NCBI GenBank assembly: GCA_028534125.1
Contig: CM052817.1
Coordinates: 59,398,001 to 59,462,000 of the forward strand
DNA from: Lama glama
Lineage: Eukaryota
Reading direction: 5' to 3'
Length of the DNA stretch: 64,000 nt
Below, one piece after another: positions 12,834-27,400 of this stretch. The notes under the pieces are model-generated. The model was given only the letters and a program-made list of their open reading frames with translations, searched no databases and had not been told where the DNA came from. Within the stretch, counting starts at the first letter, position 1. Each line of letters starts with the position of its first letter. Position numbers and translations under genes: made by a program.

Positions 12834-13854
12834 ATGAGTAGGGGATATTCTCAGCCTTCAAGAGAGAAATCTTTCTAAGACATATGTAGTTGCTACCAGG
12901 GAGATATCTCAGGAAGAGAAAGAAAAGAAGATAAGAGATGAAATTTAGCCTGGATTTCGCCACAGTTGAGGTCAAACTGAGGGAAATAGAAGTTGTAGAG
13001 TTGTCTCGTTGTATTTGGGAAATTCTGCTTTCCAGGGCATAGAAGAAATTGTGTATGTACATTGCCCTTTCAACATACTGCTGGGAAGTGTATTAGCAAT
13101 GTCTGGAGGGGAAATGGAGGTGCTTGCCCCGTAGAAGAATAGGTCTGGAGGAAGTCTGGGGAAATTAAAAGGGAGACTAAAGATGCTGGAGGCTAAGCAA
13201 AGCTCATGAGCATCAGTAACAAGTACAACTATTCTCCTAAAAGAACATAGATCAGAGACATTAAAACAAAATGATCAGGTCAATGGCCCATACCAGTCAC
13301 ACCCTAACAAAGAGTTGTGGGAACTTGAAGACTGGCCATAGATCTATAAATATTTTATGTGCCCAGCCCACATGTCTACTCCCTGCCTTACTACAGCCAC
13401 TTAGTACCAGTTTCTTATACATTCTTTTAGAAATATTATAAGTTTGAGTAGGTTTTGTGTGTATAGCTATTTTTAAAGTAATTATATATTTTTAAATTAT
13501 ATTTAAATGATCATATTTTAGAGAAATTTATCCACTTTGTAATCTATACAGTTTTCTGCATTATATGTATTACTCATCTGGTAAAGTAGCCCCTATTAAT
13601 TCAAATAAAACTGCCTCATTCTTTTTTTGAGGGTTACAGTTTTAAGTATCAGTGTTCTATAATCCACTTAAATCTCTTTACCCAAAGATTTTTTTAATGG
13701 ACTTCAGTTTTTTGCAACATTTTTCTTTATTACAAATTGATCAAATAATTATTTTTGCACATACATTATTCTACATACCTTTTTGTACAGGGAATATTAT
13801 GATTATTAGTGGAATTTTTATAGAATCAAATTTGCTTCAACAAATATGTTTGTA

Positions 13855-15015
13855 ATTGTTCCTTGAATCATTTTTATGATAGCTACTTTAAAATCTTTGT
13901 TAGATAGTTTTAACATCTCTGTAATCTCAGTGTTGGCAAGTTATTGACTATCTTTTTTCATTGAATTGGAAATCTTCCTCATTCTTGGTATGATGATTTT
14001 CTTTTGATTGAAACTTGAAAATCTGTGGCATTATGTTATGATAATCTGGATCTAATTTTAAACCTTCTGTTTTATCTGACTTCCTCAGACATTGTTCTGG
14101 CTTGGGTAGGAGGCATTTACTGGTCGTGGCTAGTAATGGATGGAAGCTCAAATTCTCCATTTGGCCTCCAATGACACCTGAGAGGGAAGGTTCTCCTAGG
14201 TAGGGGTGAGAGCCCCAGCTTCCCACCATGCCTCCACTGATCCTTCCTTGGTTGAGAGGGATAAGAAAGCCTCATTACTACAGGCCAAGTGGCCTCCACC
14301 GACACCACAAGAAGAAAGAGATGATGGTCTCTTTTCTCCTGACTGATAGTGAAAGTTCTAACACCCACAAGGTCTCTTCTGAAACCACCCCACAAGGGGG
14401 GAAAGGTAAAAGGGTACCTCATTAATGCTGGATGGGGGTGAATTCCAGCTTCCCATATGGTCTCCACTGTCTCCAGAATGGGGGTTTCATTGAAGGCCCT
14501 ACATGGTGGGATAAAAGTTCTGGCTCCCTGCTTGTCCTCCTCTAACACCACTGCAGCAGAGAGTCTGAGGCACCTTGAATGGCAAGTTTGGAATTCTTTA
14601 CTCCCTAGTCAGCTTTTGCTGCCATGGATGCAAGTGGGGACCACAGTTTTTGCTGTGACATTTGGTTGCAGTACAGTGAATATTTTCTACAAGTTTTCGG
14701 TCTTCCTAGGCTTCACTTTTATTGATCCTTTGAGCAGACTGCAGGCCTTTGTTGGGGCTTATTTTTTTTGTTGTTGTCTGTTGGCAATTCTAGGTTGCTA
14801 GCTTTTCCATCACCAATCTCAGATATAGGAGGCAAAAAGAAAATCCAGGAATTTATTACTGTGTCATTCTTTGTGTCCTAAAATCTCTAACAGTCTGCCT
14901 CCTCCCTACACCTTTAAGAGTTTCATGTTACTTTTATATACAATGATTTCTAGTTGTACTTAATGGAATGAAGAGGGAAGGAGAGGTCTACCTCATATTC
15001 TCAGAAGCAGAAGTC
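13855..15015 (-). mobile_element. Old L1M (L1MC/MD-type) 5' region
   Basis: gctactttaaaatctttgttagatagttttaacatctctgtaatctcagtgttggc...ctcagaagcagaagtc. Accounts for track ORFs 13948-14801. Confidence 0.7.
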
Positions 15016-15946
15016 TTCATTTCTTTTATTAGCTCTCAACCTCTTGTCCCTTTTCCTTGCCTGTTTTGAGAATAATAATATGAAATTCTATAATTTCTAT
15101 TGAACAGGTACATTGTAATATACTCTAGGATAAGTCAAAAGTAGTCCACATTAGCTACTCAATGTAGTACTTCACAATTAAGCATTTTAAAAGGTCTACT
15201 GGATGACTGGGAGCCTTCTCTTTTTTTCTGGACATGTAAGATAATGGGGACAATACTTAAGAAAAGGCTTCATGAAATAGTCTTCAGTTGTGTTTAATAT
15301 TTTGGTAGCTTTAACAAGTGTTTATAGAATTCTACCTTAATGTCACTTATAGTGTTACCTCTTATTTCTTATATACTATATTAAATGATGACCATGGTAT
15401 AAGACAGGAAAAGATTTAAAATATTCTTAATTAGGACATAGTCTTCAAAGATTTTTTAAATTATAAATAAAAACATTCCTAATCTGACTTCCTGACCTGA
15501 TAATTCCAAAAGAGGAAATAGAGTAAAACCAAATACATAAGATAAGATGAATATGGGGTACAAATGCCTACACCATACCATACCAAAGTTTAAAGAGTTT
15601 GTTGTGAATGGTGGGACTGAAGTCAAGCTTTACCACTTGCAATTTCAGATAAATCAGGACACCTAGACTGTCTGAGGAGTTACCTCTATAAAGTGGGAGT
15701 TAACTTCCTTGAAATACTACTGTGAGGATTTCAAATGATATTTAGCAGTGTGTCGTTTGGTGACACGCCTTTGGGGGTCTCAGTTCTGGGAGCATATCAT
15801 ACCTTCAAATTCCTCATTTACTTATCCCTCTCCCACACTTCAGGAAAAGAACTAATGTTTTTTATCCTTTTATCATCAGTAACTACCTCTATGACTGATG
15901 AATGTCTTAATTAAATTAATGCTGTGGGTCTTAAGTAATTCTTCAG

Positions 15947-16262
15947 TCTTCCTCTGTATTGCTGGAATCATTAGCCATGAAGAAAATAATTTTGTAGTTT
16001 TAAAGGGAAGAAATCTTATTTTCAATCTCTGTCATAGTATCACAATGTTTTGGAGTTACTCTTTATGATATCCACATATATTGGCTATCTTCAAAATGGA
16101 ACATGTCAACTATATTTTCTTTTTGGCCTATTTTAACAGCAAGTAGAGCTAATGAACATTAGGCAAGGGGCACTATCTTTGTACAATGATCAAATAAAGT
16201 CAAAATTTTATAACCTTAATCCTATATTGAAAAATAATTTTATTATGTTTCTCAAAAAAATG
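15947..16262 (+). pseudogene. Candidate decayed exon carrying a near-complete REJ-like repeat unit
   Basis: ttcttcag| ... atg|gtaaaa. Reads CIAGIISHEENNFVVLKGRNLIFN /frameshift/ VSQCFGVTLYDIHIYW /frameshift/ VELMNIRQGALSLY. Confidence 0.5.
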
Positions 16263-17139
16263 GTAAAATAAAAGTTTTGCAATGTGTAGCTATGTTCTGG
16301 AACTATACCTTTTACACCATATGTAGACATAGTCAGTTTATGACTTTTAGATATTTTCTGTAAAAGTAATGTGAATGTATGCATATGTTTCTGTATGTTA
16401 TTAAAAATAATAACTTCAGAGATATTTCTAGTGGTAAGAACATAACAGAAAAATAAAAATTTTCTATGATATGATTAACAATCCCTTATAAATAAGTTTA
16501 TGAAGACCCTTATGATTTTTTAAAGAGTAAACTTAAAGTGCATCTTTAATTTCATTTGATTAGTTGAAAGAAATTACAAGAAGAAAATTTTAAATTTTTA
16601 ATATAATCTACCAGCTTTAACTAACAGAAGCATAAATCTATAAGATTTTCAAATTATTTTTAATGAAGAGATTTAAATTCTCTTGCCTTAATGTTTCTAT
16701 GAAGTGATTCTTAGATTGCACTTTGAACATACGTAAGCTTTATTATCTTCTGTTACTAATCATGTGGACTATAATTTAAAACTATAAATTGAATTGAAAA
16801 ATTAAGTGGAATGAACAAGAAAACTGCTTTAGTGCTAGCTGTACCTATAGACAATTTTGTTTCCCCTGGACTTGTCCTTTTCTTTTTTGTAAACAGCTTT
16901 ATTGAGGTATAATTGACATACAAAAACAAAACAAAAATCCCTGCACATCCCCTTTGTAAAATCAAGGTCTTTTTGTTCACTGAATAAATATTTATATACA
17001 CAAATTTTCAAGATGTTTTCTAACGTTTTATGAAGAGCTAAATTGCACTCTTTGATATTAGCCATAATAAATATGTTCAAATCAACCTAAACAATATAAA
17101 TTTCTGTGAACATTTATTTATAGTGATTTCTCTCTCTAG

Positions 17140-17516
17140 AACACATAACCAGCTTTCAAATATACTAATGACATGGGCCCTGAGAAGACAGATAGGTTAC
17201 AAATATTTTGTTCCAGGAAAGAAATTAAGGTGATATTGAGACTGGTATTTGAAAATTGTGACTGAACATATTGAGGAAGTGTAAATGGAGGTGAAGAGTA
17301 ATTAAGTCATATCTCTAACACATTCTGTTCATGTGGCAACAATTAGTTACTGACTGTATTATCAGAACACAACACATTTACAGTAATATCTGCACCGTTT
17401 ATGATGAAATCCACACTGTGACTGATAGTGTCCAACACTACTAGAAACTGGAATGATTTTTTTAATGCACATTTATTTGTTGCAACAAAGATATTTGTTT
17501 TGTTGTCATGATTAAG
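17140..17516 (+). pseudogene. Candidate decayed exon
   Basis: Acceptor atttctctctctag|, donor aag|gtatat. Reads NILMTWALRRQIGYKYF; multiple stops. Confidence 0.35.
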
Positions 17517-17973
17517 GTATATTTTTTGTGTGTTTTTTGTTAATGTGTCTTACTTTGGTGATTATTTTAAGTACTTTGCAATGTGCTGCCTTGTTAAACA
17601 TTTTTAATTAACTGTCTAAAAACCTTACTGGAACAGTATATTAATAGCTCAAGTCATACAAAATTAATATATTCGGTGCCTCTGTAAAATCTACTATACC
17701 CTACCTAAGACATGCTCCATAGCAAGTTATGGAAAATTAATGAAGTCTTGCCAAAGGATTGCAAAAAAGTCAACTGGAAGACTAATTGAAATTATAAACT
17801 TTTTGTGTAAAAATACATAGGGTTGGATAAAGGAGAACATCTCATAAACTTGATTATCAGACCAATGATCCTTAACATTTATATTTGAATATCAAGACAT
17901 GACTGTTAGTCATTACACCTTAAATCGAGTTTTCTGAGTACTTGAAATCATATGTTCTTGATATATTTTTCAG

Positions 17974-18193
17974 TTAACTTTGTTTACAAATTCAAAAATT
18001 CTACTGACATCTTTATCATTGTTAAGAAGTTTGAATTGGATGATGGAACTAACTTTTACAGTGACCTATCATTTCTCCCTTTCCTGAAATCCTTTCTCTT
18101 TTATACCTCCATAGTTATCATAGTATGTTCTCATCCTCCTTTGCTCTATTCAGAATATACATGCCTGCACCATATTGTCATGGTTTTCTGCAG
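17974..18193 (+). pseudogene. Candidate exon (220 nt), one frame open
   Basis: Acceptor atatttttcag|, donor cag|gttaga. Reads VNFVYKFKNSTDIFIIVKKFELDDGTNFYS... (track ORF 17952-18227). Confidence 0.4.
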
Positions 18194-19424
18194 GTTAGAT
18201 ACTACGTCCTTTGACATAAACACTTAAAGCAGTTTAGTTAATGCATTTGTTATAATTTCATACCTATATAAAATTTAAATACATATCTTCTGTAGATAGT
18301 CTTTATAGATTAATGCTAAAATTGTTTAATGGAACTGTTGTTAGGCCTGTGAAAGAGATGTTTCAAATAAGAGTCCCCAAGTGGTCCTCAATAATGAAGA
18401 AAAACTAGTCTCTATTGAATCTGTCCCTTTGTGACAAGTACTAGGCCAAGTACTTTAGGAGAAAAAATATATATTTAGTCTTTATGTGACTACTATGGGG
18501 TTTATGCTACTATAACTATTAATAAATATGAATATATCAAGAATAAAAAATCAATAGATAATTAATACATACAGAAATTCAGCCTCAGAGAAATTAATTA
18601 AGTTACTTAGGGTCTTGTGGTTAGTGACACATTTTGAGACTTGAACCAATGTAGTCAAAGCACAAAGATAATCATAATTTAAATAACTATACAAAATTCC
18701 TCAAGTAAAACTAGGTTGAGAACTACTTACTCTAAGTATAGAGACAGCCTTGCTTCCTAATGGCTAATAGACTGATAGATGTTAAACAGAAATTTAATAA
18801 TGGTCACGCTATGACTACCTATGAATAACATTACAAATTTTGCCTTTATGGGTTCTTCCTTTCTTTCCAATAATTGTCCACACTAAATTGAAGATGGTAT
18901 TTTGAACTACACCAGAAATAGTCAATAGGAAAGCTTGGGGCTAAAAACTCTATGCAAGTTAACAAGAAAATTTATTTAGAAACAGTAGATAAACATAGAG
19001 TGAAATGAGGCAGGCACTTGTACCCGTATTTACCAATTTATTCACTGTCAAGATTATTTTGACATCATGTAAACCTAGCATTAAACAATGCATATACTCT
19101 GTAATGTTTGCCTTTTGCAAATGAAGGTCTGTATACATTTTATACTTTAAATGTCAAGAGTTCACCTTTCATATTTTCTCAAAACTTTCACAGTGAATTT
19201 TTAACGTACTTTTTGGTTGCTATTTTTATAATCTAGCTGAAGGTAAGAGTTTGCAACAAAAACTGTTACATGAATATGATATTAGATTATATGTAAATGT
19301 ATTTTTTGTATCTCTATATAAAATTATGAATTGCCTGGAACTTTGTTAGATACTAGAAAAATGACAAAGTCACAGAAAACATGCAATAATGAATGTGTGA
19401 AATAATGATGAATTATATTTTTGA

Positions 19425-20170
19425 TAATTGTCACAGTTAAGTGGAAATAATTCCACTCTAGGTAGTTTAAGAAGGAGAGAACTTGTTTCAGGATATTAAA
19501 ATATATGAAATGGACATGTAGGCTATTAAAAGGCTTAAGAAATCAGAGAGAGGGCTGAAGAAGGAGGTGCTAGGTTGAGTTTCAGGAACAACTCCCCAAA
19601 TCACTCAAGGGAACCAGTATGCCAAGGAAGTTTCTTTTAAGATTATAAATTTGTAAAGCCTAGAGCCATATTTACATTGGCACCAGGAACTACCAAAATC
19701 AAAATCCACCATATTTAGGAATTCACATATTCACATAGACATGTGAATGCTTACAGACCATTCAGGACACCACTATTGAAAAAATTTCTTTTTGTGCTTG
19801 TCTCTAGAAGCACATTGTACCTACTACAACCTGCATCAGCCAAACTGGTGTTTGTGCCATGTCTGCCTGCTTTCATGGAGCCAGTTACTGAGCTACGGCA
19901 CAACTGTTGTTGTATGTAAAGCAGCAAATGCCTCAATACCCATATTTGCCAGGTGAAGCAGCAAAAGCAGCAGCCATCTGGCTTCCATCTCACTTCTGTC
20001 TGCTGATGTCTTGTGTGTGCACATGGTCTGTCACATCTAAACCACATCTAAATACCTGAATCCAAATGCAGTTTTTATCTTGCCAGCCTCTGTATTAGAG
20101 GAAAACAAACTAGAGCAAGGCGGAATGGATGTTGAATGGATGACATGGGACATACTTCCCCATCATAAAA
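19425..20170. mobile_element. Old ERVL/MaLR-type LTR (family uncertain)
   Basis: Begins tgtcacag...ccactctaggtagtttaagaagg; LTR33-like composition. Confidence 0.35.
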
Positions 20171-20799
20171 AATGGATTATGTATAATAATAACTTAATCA
20201 TTTAGGCATTAATATCTTTCTGTATTTCTCATCTATTTTTATTTTTCCAATCTCCCTGCCTTTGTTTCTGTACCATTTAGGGTGTTTCCAGCTGCCATGA
20301 AATAAAATCCCATGTCAAAGTTGACGTAAATAATCTAGGTGGATTGTTACCTCACAGAAAATGCAGCTCAGAGTCAGAACAGTTTCAATGTTAGTGAAGT
20401 AGTTCAAAATTTTTATAAAAAGCTCACCTCTCCCTTCCTCATGGTCCATCATCTCAAAGAGTTGAGTCTGACTCTGAGGCTTGCCTCTCATAACCTGAAG
20501 CTCCAAGATGCATGCTGACATAGAACTTGTTGCAAAGACAGCTACAAGTGGGCAGCTACTCCCCACATGATTCTTTATTTGGAGGAGGAAAGTTTTTCTC
20601 TGAAACCCAGCAGCTCCCACTTGTTAGAATTGAGTGAAGTATCAGGGTATTCTGAGAGAAGCACTTGGAAAGCTACTACTAAACTTCTGTGATAAAGAAA
20701 GAATTTCCCAGCGAGTGAGAAGGGCTTAGGAGGTCTATCCAGGTATCTCCAAATCCACCAGCCAGGTCAGAATTAATTCCCTTCCTTCTGTACCGCACC

Positions 20800-21830
20800 T
20801 GCTCCTTCCGTTAGTGTCTATTTCCCCCTCTATTCGGTCTCCTAAGTCATCCCCTCCTTTACTCTACTACCCAAATTCAACTGGTTATCAAGTTCTATTT
20901 CAATTCTTAATACATCTCATATCCATTCTCTTCTTTCTATTTTCAGTGCCTCAGCTATAGGTCTGAACCTCATCACTACATTATTACAAAAATGTCCTAC
21001 TCAGTCCCCGTACGAGGATCTTAATTCTCTTTAATGCCAGAAAGATTTTATGAAATGCAAATTTCATTGTATTTTCCCCTACTTAAAGTTATTACTGGCT
21101 CCTTCTAGCTTTTAATATGAAATACAGACCAATAACTTAGCACACTGTCCTTTATCTGGTTATTGCTACATCTAGGACTTCATATCTTGCTGTTTTACCA
21201 AATGCAATTCAAAATTCTGCCATATCAGATTTAATAATATTGTCTATATTTTTCACCTCTATGGCTCTGAACATATTAATCACTCTTAATAAAATCTCTT
21301 TTCCTCCATCTTTTTTCTCTAATGTAATTTATCTTTTAAGATTCAACCACATGCTCCTCCAAGAATTATTTCTTAATCTACAAATATGAATTAGGCATTC
21401 TGTTTTCCACTGCATCCTAGGAATGTATTAGTCATATAATTTATGATATTTTCATGTAATTTTTATTTGTTTAAGTCTTCAATATCATTGAGTGACATTT
21501 TTGGGAATAAGAATGGTATCTTTTTCTCTTCTATGCAACGCTAATAAGTTAATTCAAAAGGAGTTTGTTGAGTGGCTACTATATAATATGCAATGTACCA
21601 GCTGTGAAAAAGTGAAAGGTGAGATATGGTTCCTGTTTTCAAGGACTTAAAACACTACAATATGGAATTTAATACAGAAATTTTATACCCCCTCCATAGC
21701 ACTAATCAAAATTTGTAATTATATATCTTTTACCTCCAACAGACTGCACATTAATATTCACAGAAAGCATACCTCCTTTGCTTACCCTTGTAAACCTATC
21801 ATCCACATAATGCCCAGTCCAGAGAAAGCT
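20800..21830. mobile_element. L2 fragments
   Basis: Pyrimidine-rich L2 3' region, e.g. catatccattctcttctttctatttcagtgcc and tttttgggaataagaatggtatctttttctc. Confidence 0.55.
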
Positions 21831-21849
21831 TCAGTTTTTTAAAAAATAT

Positions 21850-22598
21850 TTAAAGCAGCTATATTGAGACACACTCAGCACAAAATAAACTGTGTATATT
21901 TAAAATATACAATTTGGTAAGTTTTGATATACGTATGCACCATGAAATCATCATTGCAATCAAGATAAAGAACATATTTATCACTCAAAAAGTTTTCTTA
22001 TGTCATTTTGTAGTCTATTCTTCCCCCCGGAACCAGACCCTGTCAATTTCCCACAACCACAAATCTGTGTTCTGTCAATGTAATTACATTTTCTAAAATT
22101 TTAGTAAATGTGATCATATAAAATGGACTCTTTTATGTCTCTGCTTTATGACCATCAGCATAATTATTCTTTTATTGTTGAATAGTATTCTATTTGTGAA
22201 TTTACCATAATTGTTTATCTAGTCTTTCATTAACGATATGGGCTACTTTCAGTTTTTGGTTATTATAAATAAAGGTGCTGTGAACATTCATGTACCTGTG
22301 TTGGTATGGACACACTCTTTGTTTTCTCTTGGGTAAATACCTTAGCTGAGTCATATGTAGGCATATGTCTAACTTTTAAGAAATTGTCAAACTCTTTTCC
22401 AAACTGATCATATAATTTTATGTTCCCACCAACAATGTATAAGAATTCTGTTTTCCTTCATGTTCTTGCCAACACTTGATATGTTTAGACTTTTAATTTT
22501 AAATGTTTTTATAGGTAGGTAGTGGTATGTCATCATGGTTTTAACTTGTATTTTTCTAATTACTGATGATGTTGAGCATTTTTCATGTGCTTATTTGT
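21850..22598 (-). mobile_element. Old L1 (L1MB-MD) 3' end
   Basis: gcagctatattgagac...catgaaatcatcattgcaatcaagata...tgatgttgagcatttttcatgtgcttattt. Confidence 0.85.
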
Positions 22599-24486
22599 GG
22601 GAAAATTTCAAGCATTGTAATATATTTGAATTCAGAGTTTCCAAAGGAGAGGAAAGACAAAATGGTCAGCAAAAAATGTTTGGAAAAAAACAGACAAAAT
22701 ATTTTATAAATGTGAAGAAACTATAAACCCACAATGCAAGAATCTCAATGTACTTCAAGTACAAAAAAACAGAGAAACTATAATAAAGTGCACTGTCATC
22801 AAATTCCTCAAAACCAAAACTAAAGAAAAAATTGTATAAGAAGAATGAAAAACAAAAATAAATTTTGAACAGAAGGATGGCTGCAGATTTATCACTGGAA
22901 ATGATACAAGTGAGAAGTAAGTACTGCAACATCTTTAATGTATCATTAGAAACTATAAACCCAGAATTATATACCCAGCAATACTTCAAAATAAAGTTAA
23001 AAAGAAGTTTTTTTAAGACATACAAAAGCTGAAAAAATTACCACTAGTAGATCCCCAGTATAAGAGTTCCTTGGGCAAAAGAAAAATGATCCAGATTAAA
23101 ATTTTAATCATTAGAAATTAAAATTGCCCTTGTCTACAAGAAAAAAAAATTGAGCACCAGAAATGGTAACTTAATGAGTAAATATACAACAATTTTTTCT
23201 TCTTATTTAATCTTCGTAAAAGATTAGTACCTGTTTAAGTAAAAATAAAGTAATAAAGTCTGAGATTTATAGCTTAAGTAAAAATAAAACATATGAGAAT
23301 AAAATGGCAAAAAAAAATAGCAAAAAGGAGAAAACTGAAAATACAGTTTTATGGTTCTTACAAAATTTAGGCAAAGTAGTGTATGTTCTCTAGTAGATAA
23401 TCATTGGACGTTAAAGATATATAGTACAAACCATAAAAAAACCACTCAAATAATGAAAGCTTGTGCTATAGCCAAAACATCAACAAAGGAAATAAAAATT
23501 AACAATTAATCCAAAGGAAGGCAGAAAAATAGAACATGCCAAAAGATCAGATGCCTCAAAAATACATCAGTAGCTCTATGATGAACTTAAACCAAATCAT
23601 ATCAATAATCACAGTAAGCATAAATGCTCTAAGTATCCTCAATTTAAAGGTATATAGATATATCAGCCAATAGATAGACATAAAAGCAAAAACCTATCTA
23701 TGCTGCTTATAAGAAATGCACTTCAAATATAAAGAAACAAACAGGTTAAAAGTAAATTGATTGAAAAAGATACAACATATTAATACAAATCAAAAGATTG
23801 CCGCAATGTTTATACAAATATTATACAAAATAAAAATTTCAAAGCAAATATCATTATGGATGAGTCATTTCTTAATGACAAAGTAGTAAATTCACCAAAA
23901 GTATGTAATGATCATAAATGTTTATAGAACTAATAACATATCCTCAGAATAAATTAAGCAAAACCTATTAGAACTGCAAGTCTACAAGTCTATGGCCTTA
24001 ATAAGAGATATCTAGAACCCTTTATCAGTATTTTATAGAACAAGTAGACAGAAAATCAGTAAGTATATGGAAGAATTGAAAAAAATACTCTCAATGAACC
24101 TGATGTAATTGACATTTATAGACCAAACCACCCAACAACAGTGGAATACACTTTTTTTTACAAGCACTCACTGAACATTTACCAAGAGCTTCTATATTTT
24201 GAGTCCTAAAACGTCTCCATCAATTTAAAAGGATTTGAGTCATACAAACTATGATTTCTGATCACTGGTGGAATAAACTGGAAATCAATTAGCAGGAAAA
24301 AAAATCCTGAAAATCTGTAAATGTTTGAAAACTTAATAATATACTCCAAGTCACAGAAGAACTCAAAAGGAAAAAGAGAGTACATTCGGTAGAAAATGAA
24401 ATAAAATAATAACCTATCAGAATTTGTTAATTACTACTTAAAGAGTGCTTAGGAGAAATACATAGTACTAATGGACTATTCTATTT

Positions 24487-27400
24487 ATTTTTGTCTTATC
24501 TCTTTCTTTTTCTTTTTTAAAATTGATGTGTAGTTGATTTACAATACTATATTAGTTTCAGATGCACAGTATAGTCATTCAGTATTTTTACAGAGTATAC
24601 TCCATTATCAACATCTGATTGGTTTAAGAAGATATGGTATATATACATATACAATAGAATATTACTTGGCCAAAAAAAGAATATTGCTATATGCAGCAAC
24701 ACGGATGGACCTAGAGAATTACATACTAAGTAATCAGAATAAGAAAGACAAATATTGCATGATATCACCTATATGCAGAATCTAAAAAATAATACAAATG
24801 AATATATACACAAAACAGAAATAGACTCACAAACATAGAAAACAAACTTAGGGTTACCAAAAGGGAAAGGGAGGCAGGGAGGGATAAATTAGGAGTACAG
24901 GACTAACAGATACAAACTACTGTCCATAAAGTAGATAAGCAACAAGGATTCACTGTATAATACAGGAAGTTATATTCAGTATCTTGTAATAATCTATAAT
25001 GGAAAAGAATCCGAAAAATATATATATATATAAACTGAATCACTTTGCTATACATATGAAACTAACACAATATTGTAAATCAAATAGTCTTCAATAAATA
25101 AGTAATTATAAGATAATAGCTATAATGCATTGTGCTATACAATATATCCTTATTGCTTATCTATTTTATACACAGTAGTTTGTATCTCTTAGTCCCATAC
25201 CCCTATATTCTTCTCCCCCTTCTCTCTCCCCACAAATAATGCTCGTTTGCCTTCTGTATCTGTGAATCTGTTCCTGCTTTGCTATAATACACATTTGTAT
25301 GTTTTATTTTTTAGATTCCACATGTGAGTGATACTATACAGTATATATCTTTCTCTGTCTCACTTATTTCACAAAACAATATTCTCTAGGTCCATCCACA
25401 TTGTTGTAAATGGCAGAATTTTATTCTTTTTTATGGCTGAGCAATAGTCCATTGTGTACATATACCACAACTTTTTTTTATCCAATTATCTGTCAATGGA
25501 CATTTAGGTGGCTTCCATATCTTGGCTATTGTAAATACTGCTGCTTTCAACATTGGGGTGCATGAATCTTTTTGAATTAGTGTTCTTATTTTTCCCAGAT
25601 ATATACCAAATAGTGGGATTGCTGAATCATACAGTTGTTCTATTTTCAGTTTTTTGAGGACCCTGCATAGAGTTTTCCATAGTGCTTGCACCAATATACA
25701 TTGCCACCAACAGTGTTCAAGGGTTCCTATTTCTCCATGTCTTCTCCAACATTAGTTATTTGTAGACTTTTTAATGATAGACATTCTGACAGGTGTGAGA
25801 TGATACCTTGTGGTTTTGACTTGCATTTTTCTAATGATTAGCAATGTTAAGCATCTTTTTATGTGCCTATTAGCCCATTCTTTGGGAAAATGTATATTCA
25901 GGTCTTCTGCTCATTTTTATTCAGTTAATTTTTTAAAATATTGAGTTGTATGAACTGTTTGCATATTCTGGATATTAAGCCCTTGTTGGTTGAATCATTT
26001 GCAAATATTTCCTCCCATTCCATAGGTTCTCTTTTTGCTTTGTTGATGATTTCCTTTACTGTTAAATTAGATCCTGTGTGTTCATTTTTGCTTTGTTTCC
26101 TTTGCCTTAAGAGCTACATCGAAAAATACTGCTACAGTTTATGTCAAAGAGTGTTCTGCCTATGCTTTCTTTCAGGAGTTTTATGGTTTTAGGTCTTATA
26201 TTCAGGTCTTTAATCCCTTTTGAGTTTATTTTTATAAATAGTTTGAGGAAATGTTCTAATTTCACTGCTTTACATGTAGCTGTCCAGTTTTCCCTGCCTC
26301 ATTTAAGAGACTGTCTTTTCTCCATTGTATATTCTTGCCTCCTTTGTCATAGATTAATTGATCACAGGTGCATGGGTTGATTTTTGGGCTCTTTATTCTG
26401 TTCCATTGATCTACATGGCTGTTTTAGTGCCAGTACCAAAGTGTTTTAATTACTGTAGTTTTGTGGTATAGTCTGAACTCTTGGGAAGGTGGTAGCTCCA
26501 GCTTTGCTTTCTTTTCTCAAGACTGCTTTGGCAATTTGTGGCTCCATATAAATTTTAAGGTTATTTGCTCTAGTTCTGTCAAAAAATATCATGGGCATTT
26601 TGATACGGATTACATTAAATCTGTAGATTTCTTTGTCTAGTATGGCTATTTTAACAATATTAATTCTTCCTTTCTGTTTCTCTTATTGAGTTATTAGTGT
26701 ATAGAAAAGCAACATATTTCTGTATATTAATCTTGTATCTGCAAATATGCTGAATGCATTTATTAAGTGTAATAGTTTTGGGGAGGAGTCTTCTATACAA
26801 AAGATCATGTCATCTGCAAATAGTGACAGTTTTACTTCTTCCTTTCCAATTTCAATGCCTTTTTTTTTTTCTTGTCTGATTGATGTGCCTGGGACTTCCA
26901 ATATTATGCTGAATAGAAATGGTGAGTAGGGACATCCTTGTAATGTTCCTAAATCTTAGAGGTAAGGCTTTCGGCATTTCACCATCAATTATGATATTAG
27001 CTGTGGGTTTGTCATAAATGGACTTTATTATGCTGAGATATGTTCCCGCTCTATATACTTTGTTGAGAGTTTTTATTAATAACAGATTTTGCCTTTTGTC
27101 AAATATTTTATCTGCATCTATGGAGATGCTCATGTGATTTTTATCCTTCCTTTTGTTTGTGTGGTGTTTCACATTGACTGATTTCCAATACTGAGCCATC
27201 TATGGATCCCTAGAATAAATCCAACTTAATCATGGTGTATAATCCTTTTTATATATTGTTGGATTAGTCTGGTAATATTTTGTTGAGAATTTTTGCATCT
27301 ATATTCATCATAGATATTGGCCTGTGATTTGCTGTTTTTGTACTGCATTTGTCTGGTTTTAGTATCAGGGCAATGATGCCTCATAGAATGAATTTGGAAG

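Noticed and set aside
13948..14801. Cluster of the longest ORFs (144, 114, 93 aa)
   Set aside because: They lie in the GC-richer 5' region of an old L1, overlap on both strands, and match no protein family I recognise.
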